From positions 248,001 to 312,000 of the forward strand of contig NIVC01000629.1 in assembly GCA_002269645.1 (NCBI GenBank): a stretch of DNA of 64,000 bases. The letters are read 5' to 3'. Positions 49,701-59,450 of this stretch are shown here, piece after piece (positions within the stretch are counted from its first letter, which is position 1; each line of letters opens with the position of its first letter). Source of the DNA: Macrostomum lignano (Eukaryota). The notes below the pieces were generated by a model. It was given only the letters and a program-made list of their open reading frames with translations, did not search any database and was not told the DNA's origin. Both the position numbers and the translations under genes were made by a program.

Positions 49701-52700
49701 CACCCTCGAGAATCGCCATGCACCTTCGAGAATCGCCATTCACCCTCAAGAACCGCCATTCACCCTCAAGAACCGCCATTCACCCTCGAAAATCGCCATT
49801 CACCCTCAAGAATCGCCATGCACCTTCGAGAATCGCCATTCACCCTCAAGAACCGCCATTCACCCTCAAGAACCGCCATTCACCCTCGAAAATCGCCATT
49901 CACCCTCGAGAATCGCCATGCACCTTCGAGAATCGCCATTCACCCTCAAGAGCCGCCATTCACCCTCAAGAACCGCCATTCACCCTCAAGAACCGCCATT
50001 CACCCTCGAAAATCGCCATTCACCCTCGAGAATCGCCATTTACCCTCAAGAACCGCCATTCACCCTCAAGAACCGCCATTCACCCTCGAAAATCGCCATG
50101 CACCCACGAGAATCGCCATTCATCCTCCAAAATTGCCATTCACCCTCGAAAATCGCCATTCACGCTCGAGAATCGCCATGCACACCCAAGAATCGCAATG
50201 CACACTCAAGAATCGTTATTCACCCTTGAGAATCGCCATTCACAAACTGCTCGAACATAATCATCATTGGCAGGCATTACAAAACTGTGACTGAAGAGGA
50301 TCTGCTGTTTCCGCTCATTGTTGGGGACGAGAAAAAGGCGAGTAAATAGAAAGTTGAAGAATGATTGATTGTGCTCGCTTCAAAAAAATTGTTTGAATAT
50401 AGCTTTAAATAATGAAATTTTCGCCATTGAATCGTCTCGCGCAAAACGCGTAATAACTGCCCTATTAACTTGCCTCTGTGCGAGCACCCGAAATCGGAAA
50501 TCCTACAATCGCCCCAACTAATCTGCAAGCGCAAAAGCCTGGCTCTAACAGTTGCCACCCGCCGCCACGCTGCAGTCCCGCCTGCTGGCCACAATAGGCG
50601 TCGCCCGCGGCTTCGGCGATCACGACCTGCGCGTGTTCGACTCGCCAATTCAGTTGAAACCTTTTCTGAGCTGCGTGCCTCAGGTGACAGTTGTACAGAC
50701 TGCTGAGCAAGACGGCTGCGAAGATGTGCTTGTCATGGCAACAGATGGTCTATGGGACGTGATCAGTTGCGAGGCGGTCGCCGAGACGGTGCAGAGCTGC
50801 CTGCGTCAAGCCCGAGAAGCCGCGACTGCGGCTAATAGGTGAGGCGGCCGCTGTGCGGTCTGGGGCCCTGGTCAGTCTTTCAAAATAAGGTTTAAAATAA
50901 CATTTTTTGTGGAAGCAACATAGTGTCAAACGAATTTCCTGGGATTTGAGATCCTTGCTGCACTGACCGTCTTGGGGGTGTATGCGTGTCCTTGCAGTCC
51001 AGCAGGTGACATCGTAAAGGTGATACTTAAGCTGCCTCTGCGCTAGGTGAGCCTACCAGCGAAGGGAGCCAATAAATAGACCACCTGGAAGGCATCATGC
51101 TTCAGAAGCTGGTGTTCATCGGGACCACCTGGAAGGCATCATGCCTCAGAAGCTGGTATCCTGCCAGTAAGACCCACCTGGAATTCGAGGATCCTAGGCT
51201 TATGAGATATGTTCAGAGTGTTGCGCTGCTTCCCGAGTTCTTGATGATGTACCTAAATTTGAACTCGATGCTCCGGAAGTAGCTAGATAGTACCGTTGTA
51301 CTACCTATCGATTTGCCTGTGAAAACCTAAAACGTTAGCCTTAGACTTGGTAGGGTTGCTGCCACCTTGGTTTGCGGACTCGACGCGTCCGTAACCTGAA
51401 ATAAAATAACGAAGTCGCTTGGAGCAAGGCAAATCTGAAAATGTCTCGACAGTTTGATCGTTTCTAAAATAGCTGCTAGAACCTGAAAAACCTGAAATCC
51501 TGAAATGAGAGATGAGTGCTCGGAGGCAGAGAAGCAGCTCCGGACGAGGCCCAAGCGCGGCGGCAAGGATGCAAGGTCTGGGGAAAAACGGCTCCCAGAT
51601 GCTCTGTATTTATAGCCGATCGGACCCCCAAAAGTCGTGAGTCTCAAGGGGTTGAGCGCGTGAAACTTCCTTATTTGAGCCTCGAGTCATGCAAGAGATG
51701 CGTGACTCAAGGCCAACTTCCAAATAAGGTAACCCTGTCACGCCGCCGTGGCGTGACTCAAGGTCAGCTGCCACGCACAACTAGCGTGCAGTCACGTGCT
51801 TTTCTGTGCTAAAAATAGATTTGGGCGGATGAGTCATCCTGTTTACTCCCTCTAGACAGCCATTACACTCAGGGCAGGTGATAAGTCATCCTGCTATGCC
51901 TCCTCAGCGCGGGTGGGAAGACATTGTGTGTGGCTGCCCACGCCTGCTCGGGCGATGAGTCATCGGGAAGTAAACACTCAGGCCCAGCACAGGGTAACTC
52001 TCTCTCTAGGTCAGGTGGACTGAGCTGCTGTGCAGCGGAACACAGAGCTCTTAAGGAAAGCTAGTGAATGCTGCTGAAAAGCCAGTTAGCAGCCAGTCAC
52101 TACAAGAGCTCTGGTTGATAGGCTGTCACCAAAAGCCTAGAATTAGACCAATTAATTGTTCGCTACTCCCCTAGAGTAATAACTCATTGGATGCCAAGAG
52201 TAAGTTGTGAGTATAATCTCCTAGACGGCCCCTCTCTCTTCAGCCGATCCGCTCCGGCACAGGGAATCCCGTTTGTTTCCAGTGGGTCACACTGCAGGGT
52301 ACCAGCTTCTGGGGCGCGAAGCCAGACCAGGTGGTCCCTTTACCAGCTCCCTGCACGGGTAGGTGAGCAGGCACACGCTCACACAGACTTAATAATTGTG
52401 TTTGGGTGTGCAAGCGACTTATTCTATTTATTCTATTCTTACTACTAGCCCCATTCTTCGAGTAGCCAGTTGAGGTTTTCTGTTTACAATTGTTTACAGC
52501 CAGAGCGCATCTATTCCAGCCTGACCATTGTCGCCCAAGAGCTGGTCGGAGCTGCACGAGGCGCCTGGCAGAAGCCGGAGCGACCCGGTGGCGGGGGCGG
52601 CGGCAGCTGGCGACTCCCAGACGGCGAGCAGGCGTCAGTTGACGACATTTCCTGCTTTGTGATCCCGCTGGATCTGCACAGCCGGCTGTCTCGAGCTGAG

Positions 52701-52724
52701 CGGCAGGAGGACGGACAGTATTGA
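46720..52724 (+). CDS. PPM1H: PP2C-family protein phosphatase, PPM1H/J/M-like, 9 exons: 46720-46976, 47104-47260, 47896-48009, 48094-48276, 48376-48488, 49027-49233, 50274-50337, 50576-50838, 52520-52724 (about 520 aa)
   Basis: FAYCRPDLLGL, GYAEAINGGK...NEDQ, YFAMFDGHAG, GGCTALV...LYVANAGDTRA, RLLATIGVARGFGDHDL, VLVMATDGLWDV, DDISCFVIPL. All eight intron phases are consistent; intron 7 has a GC donor. The symbol indicates the family (co-ortholog of PPM1H/J/M). Confidence 0.88.
47330..47875. repeat. 22-bp minisatellite in phosphatase intron 2
   Basis: Unit CACTCACTGCGTCACTCCCTST. Confidence 0.95.
48520..48965. repeat. CT-rich low-complexity repeat in phosphatase intron 5
   Basis: TCATCTCCTCCCCT-type units. 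Confidence 0.85.
49310..50240. repeat. 20-bp minisatellite (about 45 copies) in phosphatase intron 6
   Basis: Unit CACCCTCAAGAACCGCCATT with variants CACCCTCGAAAATCGCCATT and CACCTTCGAGAATCGCCATG in higher-order patterns. Confidence 0.97.
50900..52450. mobile_element. Retroelement-derived (LTR-like / LINE-tail-like) remnants in phosphatase intron 8
   Basis: Non-coding GC-balanced insert with repeated GTGACTCA/TGAGTCAT motifs, a minus-strand TATAAATA at about 51605-51612 and two copies of a motif also found at 54354. Boundaries are not resolved. Confidence 0.35.
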
Positions 52725-53075
52725 ATTATCAGCATTCCATATTGTGCTGCGATGAAGTACTTACTCGAGATTCCAGAGTTTATGTTTCTATTCCGGATAT
52801 CTCTACATACATTACTAGATTATTTACTAGCACACACGCTTTTAGTGCTGATTGCATTACTTGCGTTTATTCGCATATAATATTAGCATGCTTTTATCAG
52901 CGATTAGAATTGGAATATTGTTGGATTATATCTTGTCACATGGTTAAACTGTGATCATTTCTCTGTATGAAACTTATACAGATTTGCTGAGACAATAATA
53001 ACTAGTATTCTATTTCAACTGCTACGCTGAACTTGTCTTTCATTTATATTTCTTTCTTCCCTTCGATTTCACGTT

Positions 53076-53081
53076 AATAAA
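53076..53081 (+). terminator. Candidate polyadenylation signal AATAAA for the phosphatase gene
   Basis: AATAAA about 350 bp after the stop, followed by GT/T-rich sequence. Confidence 0.4.
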
Positions 53082-53109
53082 TATGCTGTTTTAGCTGTGT
53101 GCAGGTTGC

Positions 53110-53610
53110 TCTAAGGGTGAGGTGGGTGCAGGGGTGAGTTAGGAGCAGGGGTGAGTTGGAGCAGGGGTGAGTTTGGAGCAGGTTGAGGTGGGTGCAGGGG
53201 TGAGTTAGGAGCAGGGTGAGATGGGTTCATTAGGGAAATGGGAGCAGGGGTGAGGTGGGTTTATTGGTGAAGTGAGAGCAGGGGTGAGTTAGGAGCAGGG
53301 TGAGGTGGATGCAGGGATGAGGTGGGTGCAGGGGTGAGTTAGGAGCAGGGTGAGATGGGTTCATTAGGGAAATGGGAGCAGGGGTGAGGTGGGTTTATTG
53401 GTGAAATGAGAGCAGGGGTGAGTTAGGAGCAGGGTGAGGTGGATGCAGGGATGAGGTGGGTGCAGGGGTGAGGTGAGTTTAGAGCAGGGTGAGGTGGGTG
53501 CAGGCAGGGGTGAGGTGGATGCAGGGGTGAGGTGGGAGCAGGGTGAGGTGGGTGCAGGGGTGAGTTTGGAGCAGGTTGAGGTGGGTGAGTTAGGAGCAGG
53601 TTGAGGTGAT
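53110..53610. repeat. G-rich composite minisatellite between the phosphatase gene and EMC6
   Basis: GGGTGAGGTGGGTGCAGGGGTGAGTTAGGAGCA-type units. Confidence 0.9.
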
Positions 53611-53645
53611 TGCAGGGTCACGCAAGCCCTCACTGACCCGCAGCA

Positions 53646-54047
53646 ATGGACCCATCTGGCACGTACTCGCCCCCGAGCGCGGAGGCAGCGAAGCGTGCAG
53701 GTCATCAGGGTGGCACCCCAGCCGGGCCGCACCAGGGCAGTCCCGGTTCCGCTCTGAATGGCGCAGCCCTGCAGCACAACGCCTTCCTGCTAACGTACTG
53801 CCGCACAGCCCTGGCCGCAGTGTCGGGCTGCACGGCCGGCATTCTGGGCCTGACCGGTCTGCTGGGCTTCGCATTCTACATGCTGGCGAGCGGCTACCTG
53901 TCCTGCCTGCTGCTCGCCAAGGCGGGCCGGGCCAGGTGGCGGTATTTTCCCTCGGCCTGGGCTCTGGCCTCCTCCGGCGTTATGGGCGAGCTCATCACCT
54001 ACATCACGTTCTGGACTTTCCTATACGGAATGGTGCATGTGTACTGA
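53646..54047 (+). CDS. EMC6: ER membrane protein complex subunit 6 (TMEM93), single exon, 133 aa
   Basis: [28 protein letters not shown]...[12 protein letters not shown] matches the highly conserved EMC6 C-terminus. Confidence 0.95.
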   Translation: MDPSGTYSPPSAEAAKRAGHQGGTPAGPHQGSPGSALNGAALQHNAFLLTYCRTALAAVSGCTAGILGLTGLLGFAFYMLASGYLSCLLLAKAGRARWRYFPSAWALASSGVMGELITYITFWTFLYGMVHVY

Positions 54048-55063
54048 CACTGGCGGCAATTCGTTATTATTCATAGCTTGCTAGTAGTCAATGTTTCTGC
54101 GTTATTGTTTCGTTGTCAGTTTGCATGCCCACTGGCTTTGGTGCACTTATCGGTAGGGGTTTCTAATTGTTGTTAAACGGGGTGCCGTAAGGCGCGGATC
54201 AGCCTAGTCAAGGGCCCTACCAACGAGAATAGGGGTGGGTCTTCAAAGGCGAGAGGTTTGGGGTCCTCACTGCGAAGCTCTTTATTATTTGCCAAAGGCC
54301 TGGCATCACCAAGCCGCTTAGTGCACCTGCTCCGATCTCCTCAGAGATCTAACTACCAGTACTTCTGGGGCACAAGGGCTGACCAGGTGGTCCATTTACC
54401 AGCTCCTTTCGCATGTAGCTTCGCCTAGCGCAATGGCAGCTCAAAGCAGCGATGCAAGATGGTCGGCCAGGCGGCCCCAGGTCGCACCACAGCCCTCCAG
54501 GATTAGTGCACCCATAAACAACCTCAGATACAGACCGTCTTCACGATGTCTAATTGCTGAAAACTGGGGACTCTGAAACTTTTTTATGGCCCATTTATCA
54601 ACGGATTCTCATGCCTCAGCACCAAGCATTGTCCATAGGGTTGTTAGTCACGCTGCTCACTTTGAAACTCTGCTCTGTTCGTAATTATAAGATTAGCGAC
54701 GCGGTCGGCAATAAATCAGCTACCATTGGTGGTGATAGACATTATCAACCAATAGCTAGCTCAACGCAAGTGCAGTGCAGTTCGACTTTTTAATTTTAAT
54801 TAGCGCCATCCCATAAAAAAGTTGTACAATTGTACATGTACTCGTATATAGTCATAGAAGAGCAATTGATCTAAAAAATACATTTCATTATGGCAAATCG
54901 ATCCAAGAGATCGAGCCTGCACTGTGTACTGCACACCGCGATGCGCTCGCTGTATTATGTGTCTCTTGATGCTGCTGGTGCGACTCGAGGGCGAATGAAT
55001 AATCATTATTTATTGTACACACGGATAATTATTAATAATCAATTAATTTAGGCTTTGTTAGGC

Positions 55064-55174
55064 AGCCGCGGAAGCGCGGCTTGTCAAAAATTGAGTAGAT
55101 CGCTCAATTGGATCCACGCGGTGTCTTACCATGCAAAATTAAGAGTATTCGCAGTAAGAGACCGTCAAAACGGC
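55064..55174 (-). ncRNA. Spliced-leader (SL) RNA gene, copy 1
   Basis: 45-nt exon GCCGTTTTGACGGTCTCTTACTGCGAATACTCTTAATTTTGCATG (55174-55130) ending in ATG; donor GTAAG; Sm site AATTTTTGA (55092-55084); 3' hairpin AGCCGCG-CTTC-CGCGGCT. The exact 5' and 3' ends are estimates. Confidence 0.88.
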
Positions 55175-55678
55175 AAAGAGAGTGGAATGGAAAACGCTCT
55201 CCAACAGTGCACAGCTCTGCGCTTGAGCCGCGAGCCCTAGGGCAAATGATTATGTTGAATTTCATCTACTCCAAGTAAGTTATGCCGACTATAGTGCAGC
55301 ATTCTTGTGCACTGCAGCTTGAAAAGACGCGCCAAAAAGTGCATGTGCAGCTCTGCCTTTCGTTTCTTTTAGCCGACGACATGTTTAGACAGTGTGTACA
55401 AATTATGCGCTCTTACTAATTGATTAATATATTAATATAAATTTAAAAAACTATAGTTGCCGTGTTAGAGAGATACGATCGAAAAACTACTGAAGTGCAT
55501 CGCGTCACCGCGTGGAAAGTGCGCATAGAAAATTATAAAGCACCACGGGGAATCGCGAATTTCTCCATGATCGAGACCGAGTCGAAGCCGAAGGGAGCAT
55601 ATAGTAGTGTATTAATGCGTGCAGCAGCTGCATGGAATTAGTGTTTTAATGAGCGCGCGGCAGTTAAAGAGGCAAAAA

Positions 55679-55797
55679 AGACAACAGCATTTGGTATTCC
55701 CAGGCGGTCACCCATCCAAGTACTAACCAAACCCAACGTTGCTTAACTTCGGTGATCAGACGAGAACCGGTGTTTTCAACGTGGTATGGCCGTTGCC
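55679..55797 (-). rRNA. 5S rRNA gene (119 nt)
   Basis: GGCAACGGCCATACCACGTTGAAAACACCGGTTCTCGTCTGATCACCGAAGTTAAGCAACGTTGGGTTTGGTTAGTACTTGGATGGGTGACCGCCTGGGAATACCAAATGCTGTTGTCT. Helix I pairs, A and C boxes are intact, and a T6 Pol III terminator follows. Confidence 0.97.
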
Positions 55798-55857
55798 ACT
55801 GGCTAATAGGAGCTTAGCTCATAATTAACCTGAACCTGCAGCTATACATAATAACAT

Positions 55858-56105
55858 TAGTGGCGGCGCAGCACCAACTCCGATTAGAGGGGTGGTTGTT
55901 GGGTGGTCACCCCCTTCGCCGGCGAATTTTTAGAGCATCGCATAAAATCTCACAAAAACGCATATAACGAGCTCGTACTAAAGAAATTATTGTGGGTCAG
56001 ACCACGGAGGGATGGGAGGTACATGTAAGTCACCACCCCCAGGAGGGTAGGTAGGAGGTCGCCCGGGGCAGCAGCACCCTCTGCCCCCCCCCCGCGCCAC
56101 CACTG
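55858..56105. mobile_element. Possible hAT-like MITE in the spacer upstream of 5S
   Basis: Ends TAGTGGCGGCGCAG / CCGCGCCACCACTG resemble the 20571 MITE class; no TSD found. Confidence 0.4.
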
Positions 56106-56503
56106 ATACCTAATAGGTAGTACGCTTAATTACGGGGCGTCTCGTCTCATATATACGAGCAACAGTTGGTGGTGATTGACATTATCAACCAATAGCTAGC
56201 TCAACGCAAGTGCAGTGCAGTTCGACTTTTTAATTTTAACTAGCGCCATCCCATAAAAAAGTTGTACAATTGTACATGTACTCGTATATAGTCATAGAAG
56301 AGCAATTGATCTAAAAAATACATTTCATTATGGCAAATCGATCCAAGAGATCGAGCCTGCACTGTGTACTGCACACCGCGATGCGCTCGCTGTATTATGT
56401 GTCTCTTGATGCTGCTGGTGCGACTCGAGGGCGAATGAATAATCATTATTTATTGTACACACGGATAATTATTAATAATCAATTAATTTAGGCTTTGTTA
56501 GGC

Positions 56504-56614
56504 AGCCGCGGAAGCGCGGCTTGTCAAAAATTGAGTAGATCGCTCAATTGGATCCACGCGGTGTCTTACCATGCAAAATATTGAGTCTTCGCAGTAAGAG
56601 ACCGTCAAAACGGC
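56504..56614 (-). ncRNA. Spliced-leader (SL) RNA gene, copy 2 (variant exon)
   Basis: Exon GCCGTTTTGACGGTCTCTTACTGCGAAGACTCAATATTTTGCATG (56614-56570); donor, Sm site and 3' hairpin are identical to copy 1. Confidence 0.88.
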
Positions 56615-57384
56615 AAATTCGTTAATAATAGAGTGGAATTCGTTAATAAGTTTGCCACGGGAGTGTCAAGCAGACAGCTTCCGGGCCACGCGTCAGCCGT
56701 TTTAAAATTGGCTCTTGCGCCTGTTTATTTAAAATAGTAATTTGGCGGTGTAAAAGACTGAGGTTAGACTGCATTGGTACTGCAGGGTAGTAAAACAGGT
56801 GCAAGAATACAGTAGTAAAATTAAGGTGCAATAAATGTAGAGCATTTAAAATGGAGAGCATAAGTCAATAGAGATTACATTAATTGAAAAAGTAAATTAA
56901 ATTGAGTAGATGCAATGAAAGTATAAGTTAATAAAGTAAAACAAATATATAAAAGATGAGTAAAACTGGTGCATGAAGCTAAAACTAAAAAAGATGTGCA
57001 GAAATACCGTATGGGAGGAAGGCTCACAAAGAAGGCATCACAAAGTAAAAAAATAGGGCATCTGCAGGGTGGGGTGATTCGCTCAGGTTGCGGATCTAAT
57101 TAGACTGGGGAGTAGACAATCCTGTGCCATAATTGGCCAGCCCGGACCCTAGGTCCCAGCAGTGCCCAGGCGGAATTATGAGCCTTCCTCCCTTACACAA
57201 GAGGACGCGCATTTATTGAATAATAGGGTGTAAATTGTCGCAGTTAGAAGAGCGTTAGCCAGTTGGCAATAGAAAGGCACTGTAAAAGCAGCATCGACTA
57301 GATGAGTAAAAATAAAAAGCAGCAAGGACTAGATAATAGAGAGCTGCATGGACTAGATTTACATGGTTTTGGCGGCGAGATCTA

Positions 57385-58490
57385 CTATCCTGCAGCCTTC
57401 TCCATCAGCTCGGTGAGTTTGACTAATGTGTCTAATGGGGGATCTGGGAGCTTATGGTTTCTCCAGGCTTGCTTTGGAGGGGGGATTTCGAATCCGTGGA
57501 TGGCGTTAGCTATAACTTTTTGGTACCATTTGGTGGCTACCTTTTCTACCCTGGGCTTAACCATGGGTATGTTAGCTATTTTGTGCAGATAGTTGATTCT
57601 GGTGAATTTGGGGGCATTGTAGCAGAGTCTGAGGTTGGTGTTTTGGATATGCTGGAGTTTGGTAAAGTTGGTGCTTCCCATGGACAGGAGAACTTGGGGG
57701 GCGTAGGTCATGGCACTCTCAATGTAAGCTCTGTGCAGGAGTCTGAAGGTTCTGCTGGGGACCTTGGTTAGTCGGGCAATCCTCCTGATCTGGAAGGTTC
57801 TGACCTCGCATTTATTGTGTATCTTTTGGACGTGTTGGTTAAGGCTGAGGTTTCTGTCCAAGGTGACCCCAAGCTGGAATGTAACGGAGTCTGTGTAGGG
57901 AATCTCTTCCCCATCGAGTTTAAGGGCTGGGGGGTCGTGTCGAGGTCCGGATTTGCACCGATTGTCGTAGAATTTGACTGCCTGACTCTTTTTGGCATTA
58001 ACTTTGATGCCGTACTTCCCCAGCCAGGGTTGAAGGTTTTCTATGTATTTTTGGAGATGCCCTGCGGCATACTTGGGGCTAATAGACCTGGCCCAAATGG
58101 CCATATCATCCGCATATTGACTAGTCTGGACGCAGGGACCCGAGGGTTTGGGCATCGTGCTAACATAGAGGTTAAAGAGGAGTGGGTTGAGGACCCCGCC
58201 CTGGGGGACCCCTGCCTGGGGGACGAAGACCTCACCCAGGCTCTCGCCCACCTTTACTATGATCCTTCTGTCATGCATGTAGCTGGATGTAATTCTGACT
58301 AGGGTACGTGGCATTTGTATTTCTGTGGTCCTGTGTCTGAGCATGTCATGCCTGACTGAGTCGAAGGCTGCCTCAACATCTAGGAATAGACCCAAGTGTT
58401 TATAGTTTCTGTGTCTCTCTTCTTTGACATCTTGAACTAGTCGGAAAACATTGTCCGGGCCCCGTGATAGGCGCGGTATGCACACTGGTT
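57385..58490 (-). mobile_element. Non-LTR retrotransposon reverse transcriptase (Jockey/I-like), N-terminally truncated
   Basis: LFLDVEAAFD, GVPQGGVLNPLLFNLYV, QYADD, VNAKKS, LGVTLDRNL. The ORF is open to its stop, but the endonuclease and first RT motifs are absent. Confidence 0.88.
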
Positions 58491-59339
58491 GCTGCCCAGG
58501 ACCCCCTTCTCTTCCATCCACGGGATGAGTCTTTTTTTCTGGGCTGGCATCCCAGCGCGGTTTTATCCCCTGTTTTTATCTGGCCATAGTTGCCTCCAAT
58601 TCTTCGGAGTTATGAGCTCTGCCCTCCCTGCCCGGTCCATCCTGCTCTGTCCTTGGTCCATCTGCTGGCTCCTCTGGTTGTCTCCCTGCCTAAGTGTCTC
58701 TGGCTCTCATCCTGACAGTGGATTGGTGTCCTGGGGAATGAGTTCGTCCCGAATCGGGGATACCGGCTGAGTTCGGGTCCTCTTGCTCCTTGTGCCCCTT
58801 CCTGACCCCTTGGCCTGGCCTCCAATATTGAGCTGGTTAGGTGACACCCTTGTGGCTTGCAGCCCTATAGGTAGTAGCAATATCCTGCCTGATAGGAGAC
58901 TCGCCCTCGGAAACAAGCCTTCCAGACTCGCTCCAATAATTAAGCCATTTCCGTAGACTTCGGGGTTTCCCCGCTCTCGGACCGCTTTCAGTAGTAACCC
59001 AAGCTTTTTTCGCTTTTTCAATTTTTTTCTGCGCACTCCCGAAGATTTGTCTGCTGTGTGGTGGCCTGGGTGGACTCGGTCCTAGTACCGTCCCTGATTC
59101 CACTAATATTGGGTTGGCGGTGTCTTAGTCCATAAGGCTTGGGTTAGTAGCTCCAATACACCTTTTTCTCACCAGAGTCTTGAAATAATGGTATTAAATA
59201 TACTCACAAAACCTTGGTACTGTGTTCGACAATTTGAGTTAGAAGCCTTTTAGGATGTTAAAAAAGACATTCAGTAAAATTTGGTAAAGGCTTAGTGGGC
59301 TGTTAAAAAACTTAAGTAGCAGCAAGAGTTTAGTGTATG

Positions 59340-59450
59340 GTTTTGTCTCGCAAAGAGACGCCTAACCGCAGTACCCCTGTGACACTTGTCTCTATGGTTT
59401 TGTCTCGCATAGAGACGCCTAACCGCAGTACCCCTGTGACACTTGTCTCT
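59340..59450. repeat. 57-bp tandem duplication
   Basis: TTTTGTCTCG...GAGACGCCTAACCGCAGTACCCCTGTGACACTTGTCTCT occurs twice. Confidence 0.85.

Larger units (their letters stand above)
54726..56617. repeat. About 450-bp direct repeat with 1440-bp period (54726-55177 and 56166-56617): SL RNA/5S repeat unit
   Basis: The two copies are nearly identical apart from a few substitutions, four of which fall in the SL exon. Confidence 0.95.

Noticed and set aside
51820-51975. GATGAGTCATC motifs as hammerhead ribozyme cores
   Set aside because: The required CTGANGA...GAAA arrangement with flanking stems is not present.
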